Position numbers and translations under genes: made by a program. Under the pieces are notes generated by a model, which searched no databases, was not told the DNA's origin, and saw nothing but the letters and a program-made list of their open reading frames with translations. 36,199 bases of DNA from a virus (Duplodnaviria > Heunggongvirae > Uroviricota > Caudoviricetes), in IMG/VR virus record IMGVR_UViG_2778261083_000005; one strand, given 5' to 3'. How positions within the stretch are numbered: the stretch's first letter is position 1; every line of letters begins with the position of its first letter. Below are positions 35,168-36,199 of this stretch, one piece after another.

Positions 35168-36199
35168 ATGGCAGTACGAAAACTCACCACAGGAAAATGG
35201 CTTTGCGAATGTTACCCCGCCGGACGTAGTGGGCGTCGTGTGCGTAAACAATTCGCCACCAAAGGCGAAGCACTGGCTTTTGAGCGTCACACGATGGAAG
35301 AAACCGAAGCAAAGCCCTGGCTGGGCGAATCAGTAGATCGTCGAACCCTGAAAGACGTGGTTGAGCTATGGTTCAAACTACATGGTAAATCTCTGACTGC
35401 TGGGCAGCATGTCTATGACAAATTGCTGCTGATGGTTGACGCTCTGGGCAATCCCCTTGCAACCGATCTCACATCTAAAATGTTTGCCCATTATCGAGAT
35501 AAACGACTGACAGGTGAGATCTACTTCAGCGAGAAATGGAAGAAAGGGGCCAGCCCGGTCACCATTAACCTGGAGCAAAGCTATCTAAGTAGTGTTTTTA
35601 GCGAACTATCCCGCCTGGGCGAATGGTCGTATCCAAACCCACTGGAGAACATGCGAAAATTCACCATCGCAGAAAAAGAGATGGCATGGCTTACCCATGA
35701 GCAGATTGTTGAACTGCTGGATGATTGCAAACGTCAGGACCCAATTCTGGCACTGGTAGTCAAGATATGCTTAAGCACAGGCGCACGCTGGCGAGAAGCA
35801 ATAAACCTTACCCGCTCACAGGTGACCAAATACCGAATTACCTTTGTCAGAACGAAGGGGAAGAAAAACAGAAGCATCCCTATCAGTAAAGAGCTTTACG
35901 AAGAGATCATGGCGCTCGATGGGTTCAATTTCTTCACAGACTGCTATTTTCAATTTTTATCCGTGATGGAAAAAACGTCTATCGTGCTCCCTCGCGGTCA
36001 ACTGACACACGTTCTGCGCCATACGTTTGCGGCGCATTTTATGATGTCGGGTGGAAATATCCTTGCTTTGCAAAAAATCCTCGGACATCACGACATAAAA
36101 ATGACTATGCGTTACGCACATCTAGCACCGGATCACCTGGAAACTGCATTACGGTTTAATCCGCTGGCAACACTACCAACATCAATAGCAAGTTTTTGA
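35168..36199 (+). CDS. int: Tyrosine integrase (P2 Int family)
   Basis: 343 aa from ATG at 35168 with GGAGG SD; catalytic R...HxLRH...Y residues in the C-terminal domain (LTHVLRHTFAAH...MRYAHL); stop codon is the last three bases of the window. Confidence 0.9.
   Translation: MAVRKLTTGKWLCECYPAGRSGRRVRKQFATKGEALAFERHTMEETEAKPWLGESVDRRTLKDVVELWFKLHGKSLTAGQHVYDKLLLMVDALGNPLATDLTSKMFAHYRDKRLTGEIYFSEKWKKGASPVTINLEQSYLSSVFSELSRLGEWSYPNPLENMRKFTIAEKEMAWLTHEQIVELLDDCKRQDPILALVVKICLSTGARWREAINLTRSQVTKYRITFVRTKGKKNRSIPISKELYEEIMALDGFNFFTDCYFQFLSVMEKTSIVLPRGQLTHVLRHTFAAHFMMSGGNILALQKILGHHDIKMTMRYAHLAPDHLETALRFNPLATLPTSIASF

Larger units (their letters stand above)
2778..36199. mobile_element. P2/186-family prophage, integrase-distal end and most of the genome; other attachment junction lies beyond the window
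   Basis: Collinear set of P2/186 structural, lysis, packaging, replication and immunity genes from ogr (2856) to int (36199); left boundary inferred between the ybjL terminator and the ogr stop. Confidence 0.85.

Noticed and set aside
1-36199. CRISPR arrays, rRNA/tRNA genes, IS elements or transposases
   Set aside because: No regularly spaced direct repeats, no tRNA-like structure at the prophage boundary, and no transposase-like ORF were seen by eye; a tRNAscan/ISfinder run would be needed to exclude small elements formally.

Overview
The window holds the end of an E. coli-type chromosomal locus (grxA, ybjM, ybjL; 1..~2780) followed by a near-complete P2/186-family prophage (~2780..36199) that runs to the integrase stop at the window edge. 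All calls rest on reading the ORF translations, motifs and start-codon contexts by eye; no database or HMM search was run. Gene order is collinear with P2/186: ogr/B, tail genes D-U-T-E/E'-FII-FI, a Z/fun-position cargo slot, tail fibre G-H, baseplate I-J-W-V, S-R, a lysis cassette, head genes L-M-N-O and P-Q, a cos-like site, a second cargo slot, an SOS tum/DinI-like module, replication gene A, dam, early genes, cII, apl, cI and int. The most interesting content is three AT-rich cargo genes at the two classic P2 variable hotspots: an unrecognisable 290-aa protein sitting inside a decayed tail-fibre inversion module, a zinc-ribbon/HEPN-like (DUF4145-like) protein wedged between the portal gene and cos, and a PifA-like KAP-family P-loop NTPase between cos and the tum module. 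Other sequence-visible signals are the E/E' -1 frameshift site, three copies of a TGT-N12-ACA late-promoter dyad, a perfect LexA box, and a small secreted Cys-rich peptide gene between cI and int.
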